From Bigelowiella natans CCMP2755 (lineage: Eukaryota; Protista; Cercozoa): 64,000 bases of DNA. Both the position numbers and the translations under genes were made by a program. The DNA lies in the NCBI GenBank assembly GCA_000320545.1, contig ADNK01001154.1, positions 1 to 64,000 on the forward strand, given 5' to 3'. The stretch's first letter is position 1. Each line of letters starts with the position of its first letter. The notes under the pieces were generated by a model. That model made no database searches. It was not told where the DNA came from and saw only the letters and a program-made list of their open reading frames with translations. Shown here in pieces: positions 13,701 through 23,342 of the stretch.

Positions 13701-15767
13701 TTTGTCGATATCCCAATCATCAGCTGGGGGGGTCTTGTCCAGTAGCTCCGTTATCTGTCGGATGGTCTTGCCGGGGTTCTTCTTCCGTAGCTCGGTAGGT
13801 GTAGGTAGCTTGTTGTCCGCTAGGTCCATAAACTCTAACGCATTAACGCTTGACTCAGAGGTCCACTCGTCAAGCCGTATCATGTTCTGGCTGATGGTCC
13901 TGCCTGACTTCTTTGGCAACTTAGCAAAGTATATCTTGTGATTGTAGAATGATATGATCCCCCCTAATTTTTCTAGGGCATCCTGTCCGAGGAGTAGTTC
14001 CATGGATAAAGTCATGGCTACTCGGGTCTTGATTTGGGTCTCCGCGTCGCTGCCAGGTATCTGTAGCTTTAGCATTAGCTCACCGACGGTCTTCATGGAA
14101 GAGCTTCCGTCTGCTTGAGCATATTTACGTTCTTTCTTAGTCACTTGATCCAATAGTCCTAACCTTCTTACTGTGCTTAGGCTTATGAAGGACTTCGGCA
14201 TGCTGCCACTATCCCAAAGGGCAGGTAGTTTCTTGTAGTCTCCGTAGCTGTCTTTAACTTTAACCTTGGTCATAGCAACTTTGATAGTCCTGTTAGCGTC
14301 TTCGTCATTAATGTTGCATACTCCTAAGTTCTTTATGTCGTCTAGGGTCATGGGCTTGTCTTGGTCCTGCGTTGCTGGTACTGCTGTCTTCGTCGGCGCC
14401 TGCTTAAGGTGATCTAATATTCCGTTTATCTGCTGCTGTATAGCATTGATACTGTTCTGCTTTTTGTTCTTATATTTATTGTTCTTCCCGTTGTTGCTGC
14501 CTTGCCATTTGCTGTTGTTATATCCTTGTCCTCTGCCTTTCTTTCTCTTTAACTTCTCGTAGTGTTCGTTGAGCTGCCTGATCGTCATCCTGGGTCGTCC
14601 TTCTTTCCTGTCTCTGCAGTCTTTAGCGGTGTGTTTCCCTTTACGTGAGCAGTATCCGCAACGTCGGTTACCTTCCCTGTCCTTGTACCAGTCTCGCTGC
14701 GGCTTAATAGCGTTAATGTTTCCTATGCCAGGTACCTTAGGGCTGGTAAACTTGCGGTCCTGCTCCTGCTCGCGTAGGGATATAGCCTGCACTGCTGCCT
14801 CCATCGTGGTGTAGCCTTTCTCCGTAACGTAAGTGGATTCCTTTATCTTTAACTTGAACTCTTCAAACCTTGCCTGATCATCACCTGTGTTGTAATTAAA
14901 ATCATGTAGTTCGTCGATCATATCCTGGAAGCGCGTGGCAAAGTCTCTAACAGGTTCTCTCTCATGCTGCATCATTGCTCTGTATTTTCTAATAGCCTGG
15001 GGTAGGGAGTTAGCATCCTGTTCATTTACAAAAGCCTTCATTATCGCCTCAACGTCTCGTAGCCCACTAACTGTAGTGTGTATTTTCTCTAGCTGCCTGA
15101 TCCGGGTCCTGCCTGTCTCGTAAAGGTCCATGGCTTGCTTTATTATAGCTAGCCATTTGAGCTTGTCGTTTTCGGTGGGGTTAGGGGTAAAGTCGCAGAG
15201 TATACTCCTAGCGTTCTTCCACCACCTCCTTGCCTCACCTCTTTTCCCGTTGTATTTCGTTATCATAACCGGTGCTGTTTTAACAGACATGAACTGGGTG
15301 TTCCGCTGTACCGGCTGCTGCTGCTTGACGGTGCTCTGGGTCGTCCCCCGCGAGGCGCCCAGACCCCCGTCGTTCCTAAACAAAGCTGCCCACTCTGGAG
15401 GTAAGTCTGCTTCGTAATCCATGATGTCCTGCATGATAGCTGCCCAAACATCATGTGTCTGATACTTGTATTCTATCGATACTTTCAGTTTGGCGTAGTT
15501 GCTCGCCCTGGGTCGCAAGGCTCGTAATGCCATTACGACCTTCTTGCTTTCGGCGGCCACGTCCTCGTCGTCCGCCTCGTAGAAGTTCTCCAGTGCCTCT
15601 GCTGCTGCATCTGCTTTCTTAATCCCGGGTGCTGGTCCCGGCGGTGCCTGTGGAGGTGTTCCTCCTCCTTCCTTAGCGTCCGTATCGCCCTTCCTTTCCT
15701 GTTTCTGCTCGTGCCCTTGCACGGCCTGCGAGCCAAAGTCCTGCTGTTCTTCTAGCTGCTGTGACAT
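10794..15767 (-). CDS. Gag-Pol polyprotein, 1657 aa: Gag with Zn knuckle, aspartic protease, RT, RNase H, integrase, SH3/GPY-F-like module, C-terminal adenine-MTase-like domain
   Basis: CGYCSRKGKHTAKDC (CX2CX5HX4C); ALWDSGS protease; SSLD...YVDD RT; TDWS...E...TDHKPL...ADYFSR RNase H; HGPAH...CRC, QID...HVDN...KVER integrase; DPFWGGVAKV GPY/F-like motif. Confidence 0.96.
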   Translation of the reverse strand: MSQQLEEQQDFGSQAVQGHEQKQERKGDTDAKEGGGTPPQAPPGPAPGIKKADAAAEALENFYEADDEDVAAESKKVVMALRALRPRASNYAKLKVSIEYKYQTHDVWAAIMQDIMDYEADLPPEWAALFRNDGGLGASRGTTQSTVKQQQPVQRNTQFMSVKTAPVMITKYNGKRGEARRWWKNARSILCDFTPNPTENDKLKWLAIIKQAMDLYETGRTRIRQLEKIHTTVSGLRDVEAIMKAFVNEQDANSLPQAIRKYRAMMQHEREPVRDFATRFQDMIDELHDFNYNTGDDQARFEEFKLKIKESTYVTEKGYTTMEAAVQAISLREQEQDRKFTSPKVPGIGNINAIKPQRDWYKDREGNRRCGYCSRKGKHTAKDCRDRKEGRPRMTIRQLNEHYEKLKRKKGRGQGYNNSKWQGSNNGKNNKYKNKKQNSINAIQQQINGILDHLKQAPTKTAVPATQDQDKPMTLDDIKNLGVCNINDEDANRTIKVAMTKVKVKDSYGDYKKLPALWDSGSMPKSFISLSTVRRLGLLDQVTKKERKYAQADGSSSMKTVGELMLKLQIPGSDAETQIKTRVAMTLSMELLLGQDALEKLGGIISFYNHKIYFAKLPKKSGRTISQNMIRLDEWTSESSVNALEFMDLADNKLPTPTELRKKNPGKTIRQITELLDKTPPADDWDIDKGKKYINKILNEKYSDITKPTTKPSSKLTPVKIELKKGYEECIINDPEHRRPEADWEKIEWQINEWAKEGKIEPSNSPWNVRHVLAKKPTYPFFRLAHNFIRHNRVIKRIQTPTPRIDDVIEHVIGYKYYSSLDKNESYMQTPIHKTSRPITAFSSRHRKWHFVVFPYGLSISGDAFSSQNYRAYTHDGMASVLWVFVFVYVDDDIICTNTVVAQIFLLENIFIRFAHFGFTIRLQKCTFLATRIKWCGYYLEQGRITPNPEKVAALQQAPKPKNAKELKSFLQTAAWILRRFSPTYARTAAAFTTAYRKENSVGLSFAKVWAKAGLDAHFDNLIKLCSNTLLNAKLDTTRPATLWTDWSKLGMAAVLTQDQQIIRVWGRACTAAEAKYSPTKGEYKAMTEAQRKLRYYLLSVPSFTLMTDHKPLLGIDRKLEAPNDEYAAMRADTEEFRDKRTVVYAPGDKQLADYFSRLFEKKVPTQVTPMVNAITFEDGDFLPEPEELQHLQEHLDKYKHKHEVLSDRIYVYTNNVRRTYVPRRTRGALLFTAHGPAHVGENHITALLYHYYWPYKLKEIRTYLRGCRCSSLKAAGVATKESSKSRASKKIKARNFLDIVQIDVYKYDGYHYLTFVDVATGKCWVKKIIKVNVAKKNKGLYKQRLTNCYRTWESELQAIPDEVSINKIPKKLHVDNETSLLQLPHPNIDASPVYYAQSNSKVERLHRTLANLSRINSTTPDKIQGLVNDTFTSGGGIKDKEREEGDDNDDDTESEDEKVPYDGRVLKEGQYVRAKVNLRSRNKQDPFWGGVAKVTERKGRKQYYIYDGNRVTLRHISHLKNYDIGEKLLEDVKVNPTVWERAMPCLGPRPKFDVEYGNNKVRVNDDWRMKIVYLGYPGLRNMERVAMKIKDGKYQLLYLAVPDLPFEHWYKVLGDLDAEGWYGHEPKDEGEFWVSDKGDKVREESITWWLVKFRKR

Positions 15768-15784
15768 TGTTAGTCAAATCGTTT

Positions 15785-15801
15785 CCCGTGTGTGGAAGCC
15801 A
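15785..15801 (-). promoter_or_regulatory. Putative primer-binding site
   Basis: TGGCTTCCACACACGGG begins 5 nt downstream of the 5' LTR and is complementary to a tRNA-like 3' end ...GGAAGCCA. tRNA identity not determined (Glu/Asp-like by eye). Confidence 0.7.
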
Positions 15802-15806
15802 AAGGT

Positions 15807-16132
15807 TGTTGCGCGTAAGGTGTTCACAGGCCGAGGCGCTACGTGCACAAGTAGGCAGGGGGGGGGAAAGGCACGTTTGCTTCCTTTTGAAGAGTTGTGT
15901 TTATTTTTATTAAAGATTATATTTTTATTAAATCGTGCACTGCGTGATCATTCGCGAAGCCTTCGCGAATGCCGCCGCACGTGGGGCAGCACACTTCCGG
16001 TGTGCTGCCATGAGTCCCGCCGGAACCCACGTGCCTATGCTGTATTAATATCTACGTTATCTATATTCTATATCCGCGACAACCCCTTTGTTGTCGCACG
16101 TGACTTGTGCCCGCGTAGTGGTACGCGCTACA
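15807..16132 (-). repeat. 5' LTR
   Basis: Direct repeat of 10417-10742; carries derived G at 15946 and C at 15961. Confidence 0.97.
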
Positions 16133-16136
16133 AGGT

Positions 16137-18120
16137 GCGCATCATTCCGGCAGTTGTCAGCCTTGACATCGGTCAGACCGGACACTGAGCACCCTTTCTC
16201 CTCGTCACACTCCTTCACAGGAGCTCTCTGCTGTTGGGCTCCATCGATGTGCTGACCCAAGGGGCGCACATCGTGGGACAACTCTCCCGCAGGCCTGACA
16301 CTTGGCCTTGATTGAACTCTGCTTTCCTTGCTCATCACTCTTGTCTTTTTCCAGCCCTGGTGCAGCCTTTGCACTCTTGTCCGAATCAACACAGGCGTCG
16401 CCGGAGTTGACACCAGTTGTCGCGCTCACTCTGGAGTGCACATCGCCCTCGTCAGCGGCGTGTGCCAATGGGGATGTGCCGAGCACGCACTTGCTCTCAG
16501 CTGACGAGTTGAGAGACGTGGCCCTGCCGACAGGAGGTTCCCGTGCCTGCTTTGCACCGGGCCTGTCGAGACAGCGATCCACGATTTTGTCGTCCTGCGC
16601 TGAATCGGGCATTGGGGTGCACGCATGCATCGCTGCTGCGTCAACAAGAGGCGGTTGAGCGTGATTCATGAAAGCGTTGATGAAACTTGACTGTTGCTGT
16701 GGTGTTTGAGTTGTGTTGCCTTTTGAGTTGTGTTTGCCTTTTGAGTTGTGTTTGCATGCAAGCAGGCTCAAGTTGCGCGTGCGGCTCCGAGAAGGCTTTC
16801 ACCTGCAATGCAATCGTGCGCTGTTTTCACTGTGCGTCGTTCCGACGCCTTTGTCGTGCTGCACGAACACTGTGTCGTGCAGAACGTTCTGTGACAGTTC
16901 TTGGACTTGTCCGAGAGTGCGGCCAGTCCGAGGAAGAACGAAGGAACTTTCCAAGAACACAAGAGCAGCGAACTGCACGTTCTCAGAACGTTCCGTGCTG
17001 GCACGTGCGCCACACGTGCCGCGAGGCGTCCCAGGACGTCGTGTGTCGCGGGTTGCGCACACAATGGACGTCGCTCTGCCTGTCCGGCCGTGGCGTGCAG
17101 ACTGAGCGCCACAAGATCCACACCTCGCGGCTAGCGATGGCTTTGGAGCTGGCTGCTAGCTGCAATTGGTCAACCGCCCAGCGCTAGCAGCGCTTGAGCA
17201 GCCGCCTGGAAAGCCAAACGTGCATGCATTGCGCCTGCATTTGAACAGGAAAGATCTGGACGCGCAGAGCTCCACAGCTAGCTGGACTGGCAGAGCTCAT
17301 CATGCACGTGCAGTCATTCTAGCTGGCTAGATCCAACGAACTGGGAGGCGAATCTGGGAATCATTGTCGCACTCACCTGGCCACAAGTTGCCAGAGTTGC
17401 TGCACCTGGGCGGCAGTGGTTGTGTGCACAATTGTGGCAGCAAGTGGAAACGTGGCAAGGCAAATGGCAGTCACGGAAGGGCCGGAGGGCAGCAGACTGA
17501 AAGTGCACCGCTGAGTCGTTTGCGCGGTGGGTCAGTGTTTTGTGCGTGCGCGCACTCGCACAAACTAGTGATGCCAGAATGGCCTTGGCAAGTTTGAACA
17601 GTGTCACTCCTGCCCAGTGAACGGTCGCGCATGAGTGTGCATGTGGCATGCACGTGTTGAACAATGATGACCACTGACACACAGCACTCACCAAAATGCT
17701 ACGCACACGTGCCAGCGTGTGCCACTGCACATTGAAATGAAATGACACCATCTGTTGAAATGTTTGGATCTAGCACGTTGTGACGCACTCACATCTAGCT
17801 AGCTCTTGGAGCTAGCTCCAGAACTGCACGGCCCCAGTGTGCATCAAAAACATGTGAGCTCTGTGAGCACAAATGATGATGCGCACACAGCGCACTAGCG
17901 CAATGTGCAAGACGGATGTGAATGCAAGCTAGACGGATCGATGTGATGAAGTGTTCGTTCAGATTTTTTCAATTGTCATCACAATGCAGCTAGCTAGCTA
18001 GTGTTGCGTGCAACGTGCATGGACACTAGCTAGGATGGCTGTGCAATCGTCGATCAAGCAATCCAGCAATGTGCACGATGCGGCCACATGTGCGCACATG
18101 TCATGGCCCCGGCCGCTCGT
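16137..18120. other. TpA-depleted relic sequence (probably a decayed transposon or gene) hosting the LTR insertion; continues at 10098-10416
   Basis: No TA dinucleotide in 16133-17131. From 17132 to 18120 nearly all TA are inside CTAG. Contains an 18-bp x3 tandem repeat at ~16705-16755. Confidence 0.75.
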
Positions 18121-18387
18121 CACATAGCCCAATGTTTGACGGGTTGGGCAAGCTGCATAGCGCAGTGTGTCCAAAAAATGCGAAAAAATTGTGCAAATAA
18201 GTACTAAATACATGCGATCTTGCTAGCTTGTATGGCTGCGCATGATTCACAACAACAGTTCGATCAGTCCGCCACCCACATCTAGACATGTTCTGCGATC
18301 TGCGATGGCGTAATATGTCCGCGATCCATTGGCATGACTTGCACAGTATACATGTAGATGTTCAAGTATCGGCTTCATATTACATGA

Positions 18388-19130
18388 TTATGAAGATTTT
18401 TTTTCAGTTAGTGACTTCGGTTTCTTTCCTGAGCTTTCATCATAAGCATCCAAAGTTTTTTTCAGATGCTTTACTCTATAGTGCAGCTTTTCGTTTTGGA
18501 TTTTAAGAGCTTCATTCTCTTCTTCCAACTGAAATTGGCGGGAAATCAAACACACACATACATATTCACTTCAAATTTTTTTTACCTTTTTGCTATGTTG
18601 CTGAGCTTTGATCATGCTTTTCTTCAGTGCTATGAGGCCTTTGATGACAACGCTCTTCATTTTTTCCAAGGCCTTCACAACGGACGGGTCCATCCCGGCT
18701 TTTAGTCACAATATATTTTTGAGGTTCTTAGTTTCCATGTAGTGAGCTACATATTTTTTCTACAGTATACGATTCAGACGATTTTCACCTGATACTCCGC
18801 TCTGAGACCTGCGCTCGATGTTGCTAATCTGCTTTGTGAGAAGCTTTATCTGTTGCTCTGCAAACTGAGCTCTCTCCTCATATGCTTTGTACATTTCCTA
18901 TTCAAGTGCAAATCAATGAAACACATTGAAGAAGCAGGGTTGTTGTATCCACCCGTTCATTCGTACGAGATGAAGAGCGAATATGACTAAATAATTTGCT
19001 GATAGCTTTCGCATTTGCATAAAACACTGTTACTTCTTATTGTTCAATCATAAAATGACATACATCGTGTTGAAATCTTTCTATTTTTGCATACCGGCGT
19101 CATTGTGAGCGGTCCCTCTGGGGTAGCCAT
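18388..19130 (-). CDS. Small coiled-coil protein (~130 aa, 4 exons)
   Basis: Spliced: MATPEGPLTMTP|EMYKAYEERAQFAEQQIKLLTKQI...|...LEEENEALKIQNEKLHYRVKHLKKTL...SS*. All junctions are in-frame GT-AG. Confidence 0.75.
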
Positions 19131-19570
19131 TGCGTGTCCGGGCTGTCGCAGAGAATATCGTAAGGATTCTGTGTATCCTCTGTGTCGAATATTTTGCAAA
19201 AATAGATGCGGATAATCATTAGAGACATGCCTATCAATTCGTAAGAGCTAAAATATATCCACAAACCCGTGGCAGAAATATTAATTATAGTCTCACAATA
19301 TTTTTTAGGTCTCTTTTTGGTAATTCCTGGGATTACTACCGACCTCAGTTGCAAAAATTGTTACAGCAATATGAAACAGCAAAATATTCTTTTTGCGATC
19401 TCCGTCAGATGTTCTTCGGATCAGTTGTTGACTTCCATAGCGCATTTGTTTCCTTGTGAATAGCCTAAATACATTTGCTGCGACAAGGAGATTTGATTGT
19501 CGTCTTATGACACATCAAGAGCTGTCCTGCACCCGAAAACATCGCACGGAGAGTGGGCATAGAGGAGAAA

Positions 19571-21051
19571 ATGGCGCCCGCAAACCCTGACAGCGGCGAC
19601 TTGCCGCCGCCAAAGCCAAAGAAGAATAAGAAGCAAGGTGAACTATTATTAAAGATAACTGAAACAAAATGTTGAAGGTATACGTAAACTTCTGACATGA
19701 CGATGTACCTAGGCCCTTCATCAAATGAGGCAGTAAAGGAGATGCGATTGATCGAAATGGCAAAGGCAGCCCGGGCTAGAAGGGGTAAACAAGAAAAGGA
19801 TACTGGTATGAGTGCTAACTTCTACATTGGAATCGATGGATGCTTAGCTTTGGTACGCATAATCGCACAGAACTACGACAGCCTGAACGAGCTCCAGAGC
19901 CAGAGGAGGACCCCGATGTTCATCTAAGGGGTTGATATACTTTCAGCGATTTACCCTGAGTAGTGCCATGTCTTAGGCCACATCTCATATGCAACCCCCA
20001 ATTCTCCCAATACTTCCGCAGCGAAGGACATCGATCCCGAGAAAACCAAAGACGGGTTCGCCAAGCCTCTGTTGGTTGTTCCCCAAAAAAGTAGATCAGC
20101 GCCATCGGACGTTGCAAGGTCTCTCTCTATGCGTAACCGCTAATCCGCACCGAAATAGTATGTGTCGATATGCGGTGACGAATAGAAGCCAGCCGTGCCA
20201 TTCTCGAAAATGCTATGAATCGAAGAATCTCATTGGACGGTTTCCCCACATCAGGGACAGCTCGTCGTCTGGTAAATCCCCTGCTCAGGCAATCTATGGC
20301 GCGTTAAAAGCCCCTCCGCCACGAAAACGATCTTCTTCTCGATCCTCGTCTTCCTCGCATGGAGGGGGCGGTCAGCTTCCGCTCAAGTATGACCCGCCTT
20401 ACTGGTCTGCTCTGCCAGATGAAGAATTTGGATTTGATGTAATCAAGAACGGTACGATAGTGACGAATGTTGCCGTTCACTCCAAACCATTCCTTGTTGT
20501 CGGCCGCCATCCACAGTGCGATTTAGTTCTGCAACACCCGTCCGTGTCAAGGTAGTGAGATGCATGCCAGACACCTCTCTGACAACCTCCCCCCCTTGCT
20601 CTTATCATCATCTTCTTCTTCTTCTTCTTCTTCTTCTTCTTCTTCTTCCCTCTGTTTCATACAGAGCTGCATGAAACAATAAGTGCACGTATGACCTTTG
20701 AATTCTAGTATTTTGAGCGTGGCGTCGGTGATGTTCTTCCTCATAATATTTTCTCCAAACAACGAATGTCGAGGTTTACCCTCTCCTCCCCTTGGATCCA
20801 TCATCATCATCAACATCATCGAATCCTTCATTCATTCCCTGAAGTGTTTACTAACAAGTTCCATTTTTTTCTTCGGGTCGCTCGTCTCTGTCGTTAGGGC
20901 ACACTGCATTGTGCAGCATCGAGAGGGTGGATTGGTCTATTTGTACGAATTTGGTTCTACTCACGGAACGAAAGTTAACAAGGAGAAGCTCCGTAATTAC
21001 TACTCCATAAAAAAGAAGGGAAAAAAAGGGGGGGGGGGGGGGGGGGGGGCA

Positions 21052-21094
<43 letters not shown>

Positions 21095-21898
21095 GCTATA
21101 TTGCAAAATAAGAGTTTGAACATACCTTTGTATCAATAACGGAAATATGGATGATGATTCTGGTTCTGCGACACACGGTTTTTGCGGACAATTATCATCG
21201 ACGTTGTCAATATCTTATACTTGAAACATGCATCGTGGAATGCTGCACCTTAAATTTGAAGAACGTTCAGTGCTGCACCAATGCACTTTCTCTCCCGTTT
21301 TTTGCTCTCTTCCTGTCAGCCTTTGTTTTTCATAATGAGGGGCGTCTGTTACCACACACACACACGCACAAGCGCGCGCGTACACACATTGAATCTTTCA
21401 TTCCTTTTCAGAACGGGGGGAGCACACCGAGATTAAAGTCGGGGATGTGATTAAGTTTGGCGAGTCTTCCCGGCTCTACGTTCTTACGGGGCCCGAGGAG
21501 TATCAGCGTGTGGCTGCGGAACGGTTGTTAGATACCAATATTTGCGTGTGAAGACAGAGAGAGAGAGGGGGGGGGGGGGGGGGAGGGGGAGAGAAATAGA
21601 GAAGGGAATCCATCGGCGTCTCTAGAAGCTCTTCCTCATTGAACGTTTTCCTCTCAGTTCATGTACCGTCCCCCCCCCCTTTTCTTATCCAACAAATAAC
21701 CCCACTTGCTACTACTCCTACTTCTACTACTATTGCTACTACTATGCCAACTTAACTGGCTTTGTAGGCAGCTTCCAGAGCATATTCGGAACAAGATTGC
21801 ACAGACGCGAGTGCAAAAGCTCAAAGAGAGGAAAAAACGAGACCTGGTAGTAGCTGTTGATTACGTTCATACAACAATGTCCTTCTACATACTGCTTA

Positions 21899-21943
<45 letters not shown>

Positions 21944-22620
21944 CTCGCTCTCGCCCTCTTTCTCTCTCACCCACACGCACGCATACAACACAACTGCCAC
22001 TGCCACTACCACTACCAAAGGCCGAACAAATGGCAATTGCTGGAGATACGTCCTGGGGTTTGGGTGAGATAGTGATGATGATGATGATGATGATGCTTAC
22101 GTTGATAACAACACCGAATCATCAAGATAGATTTTGCTGTGCATTGAAGAGAAGCGACGCCGTGCCGATTGTGGTCAACAAAAGCTCGTTTTCGCCTCGC
22201 TATTGCTTTCCTGGCGGTGTCTTGACATCATCATCTTTCTTCTTCCTCTTCGGTCTCTTTCCTACGTGGTAAACAGACGAGGACGCTGATGTGGACTCGG
22301 ACGATGACCCTTTGGATAAATTCACACCAAAAACCGACCGACAAAAAAAGGTAGCTTTTCTTTGCGAACAGACCGCCAGCATCACCTCCACTTACAATAA
22401 CAATAAGAACAATGACAGTGGTGGTAGTAGTATATGACACCGCCATCGTCGGTACCGCTGCTGCTGCTGCTGCTGCTACCTTGTCATCATCATCATTATC
22501 ATCATCATCATCATAGTTATAATCATCATCATCATCACCATCATCACCATCATCATCATCATCATCACCACGTAGTTGTGGGAAAGGATTGAGGCCAAGG
22601 AGCTCAAGATCGCAAACATA

Positions 22621-22659
<39 letters not shown>

Positions 22660-22835
22660 GGGTGGTGGTGTTAGTGTTTTTATCACGGTTGTGATATGAT
22701 GATGACGGTGATTATGATGATGATGATGATGATGATGATGACGATGATGCCAATCGTCGTCCGCAGACCAAATCAGTCCCCCTATCCTCCCCCTCTTCCT
22801 CCCCTCCCCCCTGCCATTGATTGTTTTATACATCG

Positions 22836-22875
<40 letters not shown>

Positions 22876-23124
22876 CGAAAATAGCCATAGGCTGAAAGAG
22901 AATTGTTCGGTGGGGATCGTGCTCTTTTTTTACTTGATGGTCCTGCGTCACGATGCTATTAGTTCCCATGCATCGATGTGCCAAACGGTGAGCGAACGAC
23001 GGCATGACGTCTTGTCTCGCCCTTTGTAATATAACTCGGCAGGTCAGAAATGGCCATCCTAACGAAGAAGCGTTCAGTTCAGGTGTTAGTGCTGTCTTCG
23101 TCATCACGACGAAGATCAGGATAA

Positions 23125-23168
<44 letters not shown>

Positions 23169-23212
23169 AAGGAGAGGTGGTGGAGCTTATACACAACACA
23201 CACACGCATGTA

Positions 23213-23251
<39 letters not shown>

Positions 23252-23299
23252 ATCTACATCATCCACCATGGTATAGGACAAACTTCATCATTGCTCTTC

Positions 23300-23342
<43 letters not shown>

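Larger units (their letters stand above)
10417..16132 (-). mobile_element. Intact Ty3/Gypsy LTR retrotransposon (5716 bp), recent insertion
   Basis: Two 326-bp LTRs (TG...CA, 2 mismatches), 4-bp TSD AGGT (10413-10416 and 16133-16136), PBS, PPT, and a single uninterrupted ORF in the order Gag-PR-RT-RH-IN. Confidence 0.97.

Noticed and set aside
10794-15767. Classifying the element as DIRS or Copia
   Set aside because: It has a protease, a DDE integrase downstream of RT-RH, direct LTRs and a TSD, and no tyrosine recombinase.
16137-17131. CpG-methylation decay or fungal-type RIP as the cause of the TG/CA excess
   Set aside because: CpG is plentiful and TpA is absent; RIP would raise TpA and CpG decay would deplete CG.
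16205-17751. Many overlapping ORFs in all frames
   Set aside because: Expected artefact of TpA absence (no TAA/TAG stops); no recognisable domains.
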